Numbered from the stretch's first letter, positions 49,900 to 63,178 are shown. The stretch is 64,000 nucleotides of DNA from Botryllus schlosseri (GCA_051294905.1 CM119373.1:4218001-4282000); one strand, 5' to 3'. Made by a program: numbers and translations. The notes: a model not told the origin generated them from the letters alone.

Positions 49900-51650
49900 T
49901 AGTAGCGCACTCCAGGGTTTATATAGCTCAGTGGTTGCAACTCAAGTATATACGCGATTTCCACGTAACTAGGCAAATCATATTACAAACCCCTCCGTGG
50001 ATTGGTCAAGAAGCTGATGTACACTTATCATTGACAAAATCATTTGGCAGAAATTCCCTTACAGAAATTGTTAAGGTGGTATTGCGGGATCACATTTTCT
50101 CGAACAACAGTGATCATACACTGTATATACGGATGGTTCGAAGACATTGTCAGGATGTGGATATGCAGTATACATTCTTCAGTTGAATGAAAAATTGTCT
50201 GCGTCGCTTCCAAAATGTTTTTCAATATTTTATGTAGAGTTACATGCCATCAAAGATGCATTATCATGAATTCAAAGGAACAGGCATTATCATGAATTCA
50301 AAGGAACAGGCAGAGTAAAATTGCTATATTAAGTGACTGTTTGAGTGCCCTAACCGCCATCGCCAATCATGGATCGGTCAATGACTACGTTGGGAACAAT
50401 ATATTAAAATACATTGCAGAAATTAAAATTAGCAATACGTCAATCACGTTCATTTGAATACATGGGCATGCTGGTATTCGTGGCAACGAAATGGCCGATC
50501 AATTAGCCAAAGAAGCTGCTTCAAGAAGGGATGAAGGGAACAATCAATTAATAACTCTGCCTGATCACTGTCCGTCTTAAACCACCATTGTAGATGTAAA
50601 TGGGATAAGATAGGGTTACCTAATATTTGGTAATCGCGAAATGAGGGCAATTTCACCAAATCAGGAAAGTTAGTTGATCAAAACTGAAATCAGCATATAT
50701 CGCTAGCTTTGCTGGAAAATTTGGGGGGTTCACTAAAAAAAGGTCTTCACTTTCGTTCGACTCCCGATTTACACAATTTTTACTTAAAATTAGTGGTGTT
50801 GACTAAAAAAAAGGTCGTCGCTATCAATCGAACCAGGAATTTCCTATTTAACGTAATTAATGCCCATTTTTACTCGAATCTATCCATCATCTCAGCTGTA
50901 AAAGCTGTAAAGAAGGACGAAATGCCAAAATGGACATTTAGACGTCCTCGGAGGACATTTTCACAAACCAGAAAAAGGAGGACAAATCCTCCTAAAGAAG
51001 GACGTATGGTAACCCTAGATAGGATTTACCAAAGCAATGAGACCGGAAGAGCGTACAAGAATCTGCGACCGTCAATTACCGACGACATAGCTGATATTGG
51101 AACACGGCGAAGAGACGCAATTCTACTGATATTAAGAAGCGGCCACGGCAGACTGAATCAACAATTGCATACGATCCGTTGTTCTGAGGCTCTACTAGGT
51201 CAGCAATGCAATGCAGAAAAATGTGTAGAGCAATTTTTGTTAGATTGTGTGAGATATCAACATGAAAGGAGACAACTACTTCATGCCGCACGAGTGAACC
51301 GAATAAATTTGGAATTGAATGACGTTATAACGGATCCGAAGATATTGAATAATGTTGTAGAGTTCGTGATATCTTCAAGACGATTTATATAGTGTAGATA
51401 ATACATGTATATTCATTATTTGTACAACGAAATGTGTTTGGATATTGTATCTTGTCGGCTAGTTCCGTATATTGAATGTGCATGTTGGTATGCCAATAAT
51501 AATGAGCGATGCTGTATATATTTTGATAATGAAAATTCTTTGTAACAACCGGTATAGAAGTGGCGCACAAAACCTGTGCTGTGATAAGCGCCTCTATCAC
51601 GATTTTACTACTACTAATAATAATAATGTGAATAAAAAAATAATAATAAT
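49900..51650 (+). mobile_element. Decayed 5'-truncated LINE with RNase H and C-terminal zinc knuckle (I/Ingi-group-like)
   Basis: Broken frames give PPW, YTDGSK (~50126), ELHAI, ILSDCLSALTAI, HGHAGIRGNEMADQLAKEAA, LRSGHGRLN...C...VEQFLLDC. Ends in a (tac/taa)n tail. Confidence 0.88.
50611..51017. mobile_element. MITE (tagggttacc TIR) inserted into the LINE
   Basis: tagggttacc / ggtaacccta; flanked by gataaga/gatagga (7 bp). Removing it restores KWDRIYQSNETGR. Related ends at ~46340-46426 and ~56879-57250. Confidence 0.8.
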
Positions 51651-51780
51651 ACCTCAAGTATAACTAAAAGTAGCAATTTACAAAATCTGCGAAAAGTGCT
51701 TTAAGTTGAGATATAAAATAAAAGGTTCGAAACATACTCAGAAAGACCGAGTAGCTTTAAAAGTAGATTTTTGGTGTGGT

Positions 51781-53046
51781 CAGGGCCGTAACAGCACTTC
51801 GTCAGGCCCCCCAAAACTTTGGTCTTGGGCCCCCCATAGGGTTATAGGCCTAACTTCTGGGGGGCTTCGCCCCCCAGACTCCCCTCTGTCGATACACTGT
51901 TTACCGCGATTCATCATATTCATTGGGAGTTTGTTTTAGTGAATCAGCTTTTGTCGCCTAAGCGCACGAAGGGCGGAAAATTTATAAAATTCATGATTAA
52001 ATCGGTCAGTATGATCGGGAATTGCATATATACTGCTATCAATTTTTATCTTCTCTCTGCTCACGTAATCAGATTTAGCGGTAGAGCTGAGTGAGGTGTG
52101 TTTGAAAAGGTAGGACGACTCAATAATAATTAAACATCTTCGGGTGTATACCCGTTGGCAGGAACGAAACAGTACCTCGTCAGGCCCCCAAAACGTGGGT
52201 CTTGGGCTCCCTCAGGGTGTAAAACGACCCCCCATCAAGTTGTTCGCGTTTGTCACGAAATCATCTGTACTGTATTGTGAAGCAGCGCGAAACGCGAAAA
52301 TTTTCGATAATTTATGATAAAATCGGTCAATCAGATCGGCGATTGCATATATATTATGCTATCAATTGATTGTCCTCTCTACTCACGTAATTAGATTTAC
52401 CGGTAGAGCTGAGTGAAGTGTCTTGAAAACGGGAGGGCCCGTAAATAATAATTAAACATCGTCGGGCGGGCGGACCCGTTGATATGACTTCGTTACATGA
52501 TGTTATTTCGTAACAGTCTGCTATATCAAAAGATATAGAACCGCCCAAACGTAGGTTTCTAATTTAAGAGACGCACACGATTTCAAATTGGTATTTCTTC
52601 ACTGGCATAAAATTTTTCCCAGCGGGATGGCATTTGTCTTGTGCGGTTCAGATTGCAAAGACAGGAACATTCGGCGCCAGTCATTTAAACCTATATGTAT
52701 TTTATATATATAACGATGTCTTCGGTCAGCATACGGGCATAGACCTTTTTGGCCAAGGTTTTCTTGCTGCCGATCGTTCTGGCACACTTCTTGGAGTCGC
52801 ATGTTATATGGCCTAAAACTTGATTGTATGTCTTGGTGGGTCGTGGCGCGGTGATGACCCAATACCCAATAATAAAGATAAATGGCTACTTGAATTCGCG
52901 CCCAGCGCGAAAAAATTTTGAAAAAGTAGCATAAATTTTCAAAAAATACTCTATGATTTATGATAATTCACGAAATACTTTTGGGCCCCCTTCGAGCTCG
53001 TGCCCCCCCCAATTGGGGGGTTTGGGGTGCGGCAGTTACGGTGCTG
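51781..53046. mobile_element. Full-length non-autonomous hAT-type element
   Basis: TIRs cagggccgtaac / gttacggtgctg; perfect TSD ggtgtggt; internal duplicated block (cacgtaatcagattta...gtagagctgagtga). Confidence 0.9.
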
Positions 53047-54489
53047 GGTGTGGTCACACAATTTTAGCAGTTAGTCGGGGGTGGTGACTTTCTAAATTGT
53101 AAGATTTATCTTTTCGACTAAAGTAAAATGACGAATGACGCTAAAATAAGTAGGCCTACAATCTCCGATATTTTTTTCAAACACCGTGCTACAGGGGCTA
53201 TTTCACGCGGTTTTCGTATCAAATTCACTCGAAAAAATTGTTGAAATGATGATTCTGAAAACATAACTGCTTACGCACAGTACATGCAAGCAAAATCTAC
53301 TTAAGTACTCCGATACCATACGATTGCTTTATACTGACCACCGTTGACTGCACAATACACATGTATATGGAGCCTTCGCATATTGCCAAAAATAAATTTA
53401 AATGTTTATGAATGCGGAATTCATTGGAATCGTGTATTTATTCCGCAGATCTATTGCTTTTAAGTCAGGTAATAGTAGGCCAGCTCGTAAGCAAAACAGA
53501 AAGCTGTTGGTGACAAAGGAAAGATAGAGCGAGTGACCATTATGACGATTTGTATTGATATTAATATTCCCAATCACAGATTCAGGCCAATTTTGAATTG
53601 CGAATTGCCGATTGTTGTGAGTTGAGAGGGAATCCTAGGTTGCATTATTGTATTTTCTAAATCCACAGTCCAGGCGAGAGTTTGAGTGATTTATTCACTT
53701 AGCCCAATCCTTTCGAATTTCTCCTATAATTTCATTTAATTGCAATCTTGTAGTTGTTTTGATCCCATGAACTTCATGCGGTGTTTTGAATTTGATGAAC
53801 TTTTCGAACTGATCTGAAAGTCGACATTATTTGAAAGCGTAGCTCTTAAGAAATAGCTCGTACCAACCAAATATGTTATGGAGCAATGTACATTGTGCCA
53901 TGTACATTGTACGACCACATAAGAAAATAACATCCGTCAATCATCGGCGTGCCTGCCTCGGGCGAAGCCTTCAATTCGAGCGTGCTCGTTGAAATTATAA
54001 TAATCAAACGAGGACAGCAATATTTCTTGAAGAGTTTTTGTTGACGCGATAATTATCAAGTCGTTATTCGATACCCTGGCTCTTGTTTTTATGTGTCAAA
54101 ACCACAAATCGCTCACAAATAAGGTAGAAATAGGGCTAGGTAGCAGGTAGGTGACAAGAAACGGTGTAGCTGGATGCAGAATTTTAAAGCACAATTCACT
54201 AGAATGGGGTTTGCGACCATTTTGACCAGTGGGAGAGATATGAATAACGCCGTGATACGCTGTATCACGCATATGCTTTTAAAAGTAGGGCCAATAGCCA
54301 ACTCATTAGAAACGGCATGGAAACGGCATTTGCGAGACTTGTCAACAAAATTAAGTATTTGACTACACGAAAACCTGAAAGTGAATCGCGCGGAGCTCAG
54401 AAACGCTCAAAGGCTTCAAGCTGAATCAGAAACCTCATTCCGTGGTGAGATAGCGTAGTGGTATGTTCCAAAGCTACAACACCAATGAG

Positions 54490-55785
54490 TAGGGCTAGGC
54501 ACAATGATTCGAGTACTCGAATCTGAATCGAGTAATTATTTCAATGATTCGGGTCGAGTAGCAAAAGATTTTTTCGAGTACTGAAATTAAATGGTCCTCG
54601 CCACTGAAAGCTATTTTATCGACAAGAATTATAGTTTCGATACTATTTTCCACTATGGAAGTCTTGAAACCTTGATTGGTTGTATCGCACTACACGAAAC
54701 ATAGTACAAAACTACGAACGTTACTGGAAGTAACACATCTCCGAAGTTATGATCCTCCCACAACATAGTAACAAAGTGAAATCAAATCGGTACGGTCAAA
54801 ATAATACCAAAGTATATATAATGCAGGGGTGGCCAACCTGCGGCCGTGCGCGGCCTTAGAAGGCAATTTGTGCGGCCGTGGACAATGGTATGAGTTGGCG
54901 GCCGTCGATGTTCACTTTGAATTTACGTAGTGAATTGACTTCCGATTCCTTGAGAGATATTGATTAATCTTGAAATTTTCTCCGTGCTAATCGAGATTCA
55001 ATGAGACTACGTTTTACGATTTTAATGCAGTAGGTCCCTTTGCAGTCAGAGCCTCACGGTGCAGATGCGAACAGCAAAGGAAAGTGATTCGCCACATCTA
55101 GAAATACGAACTCGAAATCGTGTGCTTCTGACTATACCGATAATATTGATGGGAGATCAGGAAATAACAGCATGCAACAAAGTGACTAATAACAATTGGC
55201 CCACCTGAAGATACATTATCATGTATATCTTGCCCTAAATTTTCGAAAACACCCCCTTCACCAACTCTACCGTTGAATCTGATCACATGAGCTGAAAGAG
55301 GATAAATAATCGGTAGAAATATGCAAAACTATAATATTAATGATGAAATTCATCAGTAAATCTGAAATTTTGTTCACGTTTCCACTCCATGAACACTGAC
55401 CCCGCGCGAATTTGAGACGTACTGTATGTAAGCTTATAGGATTAAATAGATCACTCTGGAGTTCACCAGTATGGACATAGACATTTGAACATGGATATTT
55501 GCCGTCTATCTACTTCATTACGACTATGCGATGGAATGCGGCCGTAGGTTACATGAATAGTCGAAATGCGGCCGTGAATGGAAAAAAGGTTGGCCACCCG
55601 CGCTTTAGTGTGATGGATAACAGACAATATATTCTTTGTGTTTGCATAAAAGTAACATATTTCAACCTTGATATCTTATATGATGTTATTACGTAAGGAG
55701 TGATACTCGAATACTCGACTCGAATCGAAGCATAGTACGTGATTCGGAACAGAATCACTCAGGTACTCGATTTTGCCCAGCCCTA
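54490..55785. mobile_element. hAT-type element (tagggctgggc TIR) with nested element ~54824-55602
   Basis: tagggctaggca / tgcccagcccta; perfect TSD ccaatgag; inner caggggtggccaacct / aggttggccaccc. Confidence 0.88.
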
Positions 55786-55873
55786 CCAATGAGTTGTGGA
55801 TTCGAAGACGACCGAGTTCGACTCATGAATTCCTACCTATAAGTGCTGGTGGTTTATTTAGGCTCACCTTGCC

Positions 55874-56635
55874 GGTTGTCCGACATATGAGCATGCGACA
55901 CAATGTGAAACGACAGTTCAGCAGGGGACACTTCAATATGCGTCACTTCAGCATGTGACTTTATAACGCAAAAACTCACCCTAACCCGAAAAATGGCCCT
56001 GAAATAAACCCTTATATACATGCTAACTAGAGGTCGACCGAATATCGACCTAGACGATTATCGAGACCGATATTCGGAACTTTTCCGATCATCGATATCG
56101 GTCTACGAATGCCGATATCGCGGCCGATATTTTATACATAAAAAAATTAAAAAATATTGGAAATCCAATGCTCCGTGTTCTCAATCTCAAGAAATCCACG
56201 CCGCAAAGGGCGATACGTGACAGATTAACACTTGCAGGGCGAGTTTAACTGGGGCAGCATGCAGAGAAAGCATGCTTCCTGCAGTAAAATCTGCCTCTAC
56301 TGGACGGATCTGCAATTTTGTATCACATTTTGATTTTTTGGTTTTCCAAATTTCAATGAATGTGCACAATTAGGCGATAATTCTTCTCAATTGCGGTTTT
56401 CTCGTTTGTTGTTCAGCTTTCTTATAGCGGCATGGTTATTTGTTCCTTCCATATTAATATCGACCTATGATATATGTTATCGGCCTTGTGAGCCTAACCC
56501 TAATGCAGCCATAAATCCAACCCTAACCCACTACTAGCCCGTAATTTAACCCACATGCTCATGTGTCGCATGCCCAATTGTCGCATGTCGAGGTGCCGCA
56601 TGCTATAATGTCGCATGCTCATATGTCCACGAACC
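55874..56635. mobile_element. MULE/Mutator-like non-autonomous element with ~15-bp repeats in its TIRs and internal ccctaaccc motifs
   Basis: ggtt..gacatatgagcatgcgaca / tgtcgcatgctcatatgtc..aacc; 9-bp TSD caccttgcc/cacctcgcc. Confidence 0.75.
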
Positions 56636-57394
56636 CACCTCGCCAAGTCATGCGCGTAAGCGTGGTTTTACAAAAAAAAACCATAAAGTGGGCCATGCTA
56701 CAAGTCGGCAGTTACGGAATCGAAAATATGGAATATCGGCTTGGTGTAAATGAACATTGTACTCGGCTAACCCATGAATACCACAACAGAACAGCAACAG
56801 AAACCCAATCCATAGACCGCACACAAGTCAAAATTGGCAGTCTTCACTGGCTGCACAAAGCGTCCACTACCAATTATAAGGGTTGCCAGATGTCCTCCTT
56901 CAGTAGGATTTGTGCTCCTTTTTCAGTAAATTTAAAATGTCCTCCGAGGACCCATAAATGTCGCCCTAATTGGCAATTCGCCCTCTTTTACAGTTTTACA
57001 GCTAGCCTAATGGACAGGTTCAACTGAAAATCGGCATAACTGACGTGAAAGAAGTAATACGGACGTTCGAGGCTTTGAGCGGGTCATTCGGGAGTGGGAT
57101 GAAAGTGATCACCTTTTTGTTGTTGCTTAGTCAACACAACAAAATTTCGAGTAAATATAGGAAAATCAGCCGTTTTAAATTTCGATCAATTAACTTTTAT
57201 GATTTGGTAAAAGTGTCATCCTTTCCTGATTCCAAAATATGGCAACGCTCTAGTTTCATAAAAACCAAATTTGTGCGATTAGGTGTTGGCTGCTGTATAA
57301 CTTGTTAATAGGGTAATATCAGCAGCAAGTATAGAAGCCGCTTTTACACACTGCTCAATATCAATCTATTAATAGCAATAGTCAGTCGCCGACT

Positions 57395-57680
57395 GCATTA
57401 TCCGGTCTGACCTAGATCGTTAAGGCGTAAACATATATATTACCTAGTTAGTCCTCGTCGAAATTGTTTGCCTATAGCGACAGAAGATATTGGTTTTATG
57501 GGATCGGAACATCATTTGATTATTTCTGTTGATACATTTGGTGACATCAAAGTCAGCATGTATCTCAGTATTGTGGCAAAATGTGGTCTGAGTCATTACT
57601 AGGTATCGTGTAGCCTACAATAATATATCACTTCACATAAATGTAGGGTTGGAATTAGCAATATGACGTCACATGACGTA
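57395..57680 (+). repeat. Fragment of the 36072-39201 host family lacking the two nested insertions
   Basis: Colinear with 36708-36895 joined to 39054-39110 (ctaggtatcgtgta...tatcacttca...aatgtagggttggaattagcaatatgacgtca). Confidence 0.85.
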
Positions 57681-58851
57681 GTAGGTTGCAGTGGTGAGCA
57701 TCGGAGCGGAGTCGGAGTGTATTCGATGCGGAGTTTTGCCGATTTTGTGACACTCGGAGTGCAGTGGGAGTTTACTACAGATATTTTTTTGGATATGTTT
57801 GGAGTGTTGTAGCTTTTGCCCCCGATATCTTTGGATAGCTCTGACCAGAAGACACTATTTATTACAAACCAAAACACAGACAGTTGACACCTTGTAAAGT
57901 TGTAATATGACGGGTAACATGCAAAAATGATTGCCAAGTAGGCTACATAAAAATCAGCCATCTGCACAGCAATTGGGGACTGGAGAGTAGACATTACTAC
58001 AAGGCCAACCATCTTATCACATTTATTGTGTAAAACACATTACCAAGTGTACCATCCTTGCCACTCTAATGATATATAACTGGTTAAAATGGTATAATTG
58101 GCCACGAGCTATCTTACCTAGTGGTCTAGCAAGGCATTTTCCTTGAGCAGTGTCTGTAGATCACAAAATTGAAGGCGTCCAATATCATTCGCAGTGCATC
58201 ATTTGCTCCCTGCCTTCAGATGAAGTTTTTGAACCTGCAGTCTTTGAATACACAGCTGAATGTCACCATATTATGAGATAGATCTCCAGACTCTTCCACG
58301 TTGCTGTCATTGCAGTCTTCTATAGTCACATTCCTCCTTGCGTATTTGTTTCGTGGCTGATTTTCACGCTACCCCAGTAATTGTGCGAAACATTTACAAT
58401 AAGCAACATACAACCTTTAGCTACCCTGATTCTTCCAGCAAGTACATGATCATAACGGAATATATCCCATTATCCTGATGACATTCAATGTAGTAATAGG
58501 TCCGTTTTATGAAACTGTATTCCCAACGTTGGTATCAGTTGATACAAGATAATATCCGATACCACTCTTGTGATAACTCTTCGCAATTTTCATCGTACTT
58601 GCAGTGAGAAATATCGGTAATAAGTGTTACATCAATATTTCTCTTATATCTCTATACATACAACAAGCACGTTTCTGGATTGATACAATAATAACTTCTG
58701 TAATGTGTTATAATGATTTATTGACATTACGACGAATTTTCGCTAGTAAGATCCGCTCACTGAAGCACACCAGCATCTAAGTCCTCTTCAAAGATTTTAA
58801 CAATACATAAATCACCAAGGTAAGCTGATCTTACCCTGTAAAAACAAAATA

Positions 58852-60204
58852 GGGGAGATGTGGTACCGATGGATCACTGGGACCGAAAATACTTGAGAAA
58901 TTATCCATGATAATTCCATGAATACACTCCATGAACTTATCTGAAATTGCATGCTGGCAAAATCTTTCCCCACATACAAAAAATTTCGACGTGCGCGAGC
59001 TATGGGGTCTCCGTCAGACGTATTCTGTTTTGGGGGTGTAAACTAAATTTCGATTGACGCATACATTTTTCGTTGTAACCTTCAACACGATCAAACCAGC
59101 AATCATTTTCAATGTGAAGTGTATGAGGCTATATGATGACAGATAATAATTTAGTTAATACCCTCCTTGCGTGGAATTTTTTCGATTCATGTGTAAAATT
59201 CGTGGGGTAGGGACCGATGATACAATAGCCGAATCAAGTAAAATAATCAAGCATAGTAATCATGCAACAGCTGAAACATGCCTCAATACAGAAACTCTTT
59301 ATGTAATAATTGCATGTGATGTTTTATCACTATAACGAGGTATTTGGAAGTCACGATGTCGATTTACGGGCAGTATGTATGTACCCTCAAATTTATAACT
59401 TCGAGCTTAAATCGAAACGTGATTTTATGGCAACATTTGAGTTGTTATTATTATTTCTATTTTTTGACGGTTGCGACCAAACATTCTTCTCTGGCTTGCT
59501 GTAGCTTAGGTTATAATTAGTGCACGGTTTTGCAACTTTTGTAACTTTTTTTACAGCTTTCGGCATCTTCCTAAATACTCGTAAGATATGTAGAATGCTG
59601 TTTTAAGCTGTTTAAAGGAATCTTATGGTGCAACTGTTTGCAACTTTTGTCCATATTTTTCATGCAACTTTTTCGATTATTCATGAAAGTATTTTCGATT
59701 TTGGTGAAATACACGGCCAAATTCGACTGAAACACCGTAAATCAGCACCGAAGTAACGCTTTTACGGGTATTTCGGGAGCTGAACCGGAAAATTGACCCT
59801 TTTTTCAGTCAACCGAGCAAAATGTGGTCAAAATGCAACTGCTGCAACCTTTTTCGAAAATAAATGAATAAATGCAACTTTCCACGGATTTAACTGCAAC
59901 AAAAACTTGCCCTAGTTATAATATACAGCAAGAAAAGTTGTCACATCTGAGTTTTGAAAGTATGTCTCAAAGGTCCCCGGGTCGTGTGCCATTGAACCCA
60001 CCGGGTGGGGACCGATGATACGTTGGAGCACCAAATTTCAAACGTTCATAATATTTTTCGAAATGACGGATATTCACGTATATATGCGCGATAGGTAGAG
60101 CTTGTATAAAAGTATTGAGCCTGCATGATGTGCTGCTATCGGCTGAACATTTCGGGGCCAGAGATCATTTTCTAATTTTTGATCAATCGGTACCACATCT
60201 CCCC
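58852..60204. mobile_element. Non-autonomous DNA transposon with ~25-bp TIRs, TA-flanked
   Basis: ta-ggggagatgtggtaccgatggatca / tgatcaatcggtaccacatctcccc-ta; internal copies of gggaccgatgatac at ~59209 and ~60008. Confidence 0.85.
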
Positions 60205-60949
60205 TATTCCGAGTTTCTAATCAGCCACACTAAATAACTAAAACCGTCTGCTTTGTTCTGCTCGCAACTCGCATCAACTACGCTTTTTTCAATATTTACT
60301 GACGTAGCCTAATCAGTAATCAGTCATCGAGAACTCTTTCTGAATTTTCGTCATGTAATGTTTTGATCAAGCATAGTTTGATTGAGAAATGACTTTGATG
60401 TGATAAGAAAAATCAGCACCACAATTAAGTTTCTGCTCCTGATCTGCCTCATTCTACAACTTCCAGATATCATGTAACAGGTTGAAAATCGGAAGTCAAT
60501 TCCGAGGAGCGTTGATCAGTGCGTCAGTGATGCATACTGTCTGTTAAGTGCAGCTCGATCAACTGTTTCAAGGCGATGGCGATACTGAACTTAATTTACT
60601 CTATCATATGATCGTCGACTTTAGTGATGTTAGTGGTAGTTATTTCGGACTGGCTGGTTTTAATATAATGACTGAAGCACCGCCGATGTCTAGTGGGTTG
60701 CCCACAAAGACGCAGGAAAATAGTGACGTATGGAAGGATTTCACTCTGATACATAATCATGGCGAGTATACTGCTGATTGTTGAAGTATACTGTTGATTC
60801 CCTGATGATTGTGAAATCCTGTGGCAATAAGTTTTGATTACTTTTTTCATGTTTATTGCTTTTCGAGCTTGCCGTTCATCGCTTCGATCTCTGTTCCTAT
60901 GATACCTGTGATTTTTTGTTGCTGCTCTAATAATGCCTGTGTTGGTTGG

Positions 60950-61135
60950 TTGGTTTTGGGGCATTCATGGTGTTTGTCGACTACTATGGTCATTTACACC
61001 AGGCCGATATTCTTCTTATTTTCCGTAACTGCCGACTTATAGCACGGCCCACCTCTAGGCTTTTGTAAGACATTGCTGACGCGGATGAGGTGGCGAGGTG
61101 GAGCCTAGGTAAACCTCCAACACTTAGGTATCGGA
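60950..61135 (-). mobile_element. SINE body copy of the 54443-56790 family
   Basis: Reverse complement gtgggccgtgctataagtcggcagttacggaa...aatatcggcctggtgtaaatga matches 56688-56755. Confidence 0.7.
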
Positions 61136-61146
61136 ATTCGGAAGTC

Positions 61147-61318
61147 GTGATTTGCATTGTTGTTCTAATAATCTCTGTGCTTTGTATTGCTGTTAATCTG
61201 TGATTGTCATTACTATTCTAATGATTTCTGTGATTTGTATCGTTGTTTCAATAATGTCTATGGTTTGTCATTGTTTTTATAATAATCTCTAGGATTTGAA
61301 TTGCTGTTCTAATAATAT
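61147..61318. repeat. Degenerate ~30-bp minisatellite, ~6 copies
   Basis: gtgatttgcattgttgttctaataatctct-like units in tandem. Confidence 0.75.
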
Positions 61319-62031
61319 TTTTTTGCCATTTGCCGTCGATCTTAGATGCAATACCTACTAAGGGAGATGAACTTCATTTACACTGCTTCAAGGTAACGGT
61401 GTTCTCTCTGTGTGCTACCCTTGCTAGTTCCTTCAATGCTTGCCAGTACAATCTTAGATGTATTTTTCTTTCGTTCTCTTTCAGAGATACAACTAGTGAT
61501 ATTCTAGTGCATCACTGTTCTCAGCGAAGCTGTACATTTCGATTCTTTGACAATGTTATTGAATAGCCTACTTCTGCAGATATGGATGTTTCGAATACTT
61601 GACGAGATTCTTCGGAGTATCTCGGAGTCTGGCATTGAGCTCTTCTGAGTCAGAGGGAGTTTTCCTCAGATACTAAAGTTGTCGGAGGGACTCGGAGTCT
61701 CGAAAAGCACTATCCGCTCATCACTGACAATGACATGAGGATCGGCAAGGGCAACGAATCGGCAATCACGTCAACCAACCGAATCACAGGATTGGGGCAC
61801 TGCAACATCTCATTTCCGGAAAGTAATATGAATCATTGGTACCAACGCAATTACGCAATCAATGAAATGAAACCAGTATAAACGTGGTATGTCCCATTTG
61901 CGTGTCAATAATGTGTTAAAAGAGCGAGACCGAAGCCGCTTGATTCCATAGTTCTTATCGTTAAGCGTCGGAACATCAGATCCACGAACTTGACCGTTGA
62001 TAAATGCTCTTAGAACGTATAGGCTATAGGG

Positions 62032-63178
62032 CAGGGGTGGGCAAACTTTTGAGCTCGCGGGCCGCATTCAATATCTGAATCCATTCGCGGGCCGCACTAT
62101 ATAAAATTCGGATAATAAACTAAAACGCAATTTTGGTATTTGATTATATAGGGAGGACATAATGATAATATATATGCTTGTTTAAAACAATCCAAACATT
62201 GCTTTGATGATATCGTACAGAAACAGTGGCGAGATTTCATAGGCTGGTCGACCTCAATAACCAATATGTCAAAACTATAGAGATGAAAGTCGGCTGTCCC
62301 GATTCTTAGAACAGGATTGAAATTTAAATCTGTGAGCAGCGATCCGTTCTTAGATTTACTTATTCCATTTCTGGATCAGTTCCAGGACACACAGCATAAC
62401 CATGTTAGCTTTCAAAACACGCTTCCACTATGTGTAGATAAAATGTAAATACCCTAAATCTGCGCATACCCAAGGCACGTGCAAATCGTTTTTCATAAGC
62501 ACATCACAGAAATAATAAAAAATGGAGTGGCTAATCGGAAATCACACTTGTGATCCGAATTAGCCTATGTCAATCTCGTTAGGATTTCTGTGATGTTTAG
62601 CAGTTAAAACCTTTCAAACTGCGGGGGCCTTGAGATCGGGATGTCGCGCCAGAAATTAAACATAAAAAAATGGTATGAAGTATTTACGTTAGAACAGTGA
62701 TTCTCAAACTTCTCCCTTCATCCCTTGATGCTAAACGAGTTCGCACCCCCCTTATCGTCATATCACAAAACGCAACCAGGATACTAGCAAACCTAACAAA
62801 TAGTTTTATGGCATGGTTACGATTGTGGATGGGAGATTTTTTAATATGAAATTCAGACTAAAAATACAGAGCAACAAATCTGAATGGGACGTAGATCGCG
62901 CGAAGCGCGAAAAATATTTTCAGTTGAGCTCAGCTTCGCGCCCATCTTCAGATGCTTTTAGCCGCCAATGGGGGTGCACCCCCAGTTTGAGAACCACTGC
63001 CTAAGAATTATCATGGTGAAATATACCAAGAAAAAGTTTAATAAAGTTCCAGCAGTATTTCAATTTTTATTACGCATTTTATCAATATTTTTAATAAGTT
63101 TCTTTAGACTCTCGCGGGCCGCACAGAACGGTGTGAAGGGCCGCATGCGGCCCGCGGGCCGTAGTTTGCCCACCCCTG
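62032..63178. mobile_element. Composite hAT-type MITE with nested MITE 62695-62999
   Basis: TIR caggggtgggcaaact / agtttgcccacccctg; perfect TSD ctataggg; colinear with 37949-39045. Confidence 0.92.

Larger units (their letters stand above)
54443..56790 (+). mobile_element. tRNA-derived SINE split into three pieces by two DNA-transposon insertions
   Basis: A-box-like tagcgtagtggta (~54451) and B-box-like gagttcgactc (~55814) are rejoined by removing 54490-55785. The body 55830-55873 + 56636-56790 matches the reverse complement of ~60950-61135. Confidence 0.7.
57689..61726. mobile_element. Possible ~4-kb TIR element (cagtggtgagc / gctcatcactg) with cggagt subterminal repeats
   Basis: Inverted termini and clustered cggagt/ctcggagt motifs at both ends; no matching TSD found. 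Confidence 0.5.

Noticed and set aside
50709..51392. 227-aa ORF as a gene
   Set aside because: A chimera of MITE sequence (to 51017) and the LINE C-terminus.
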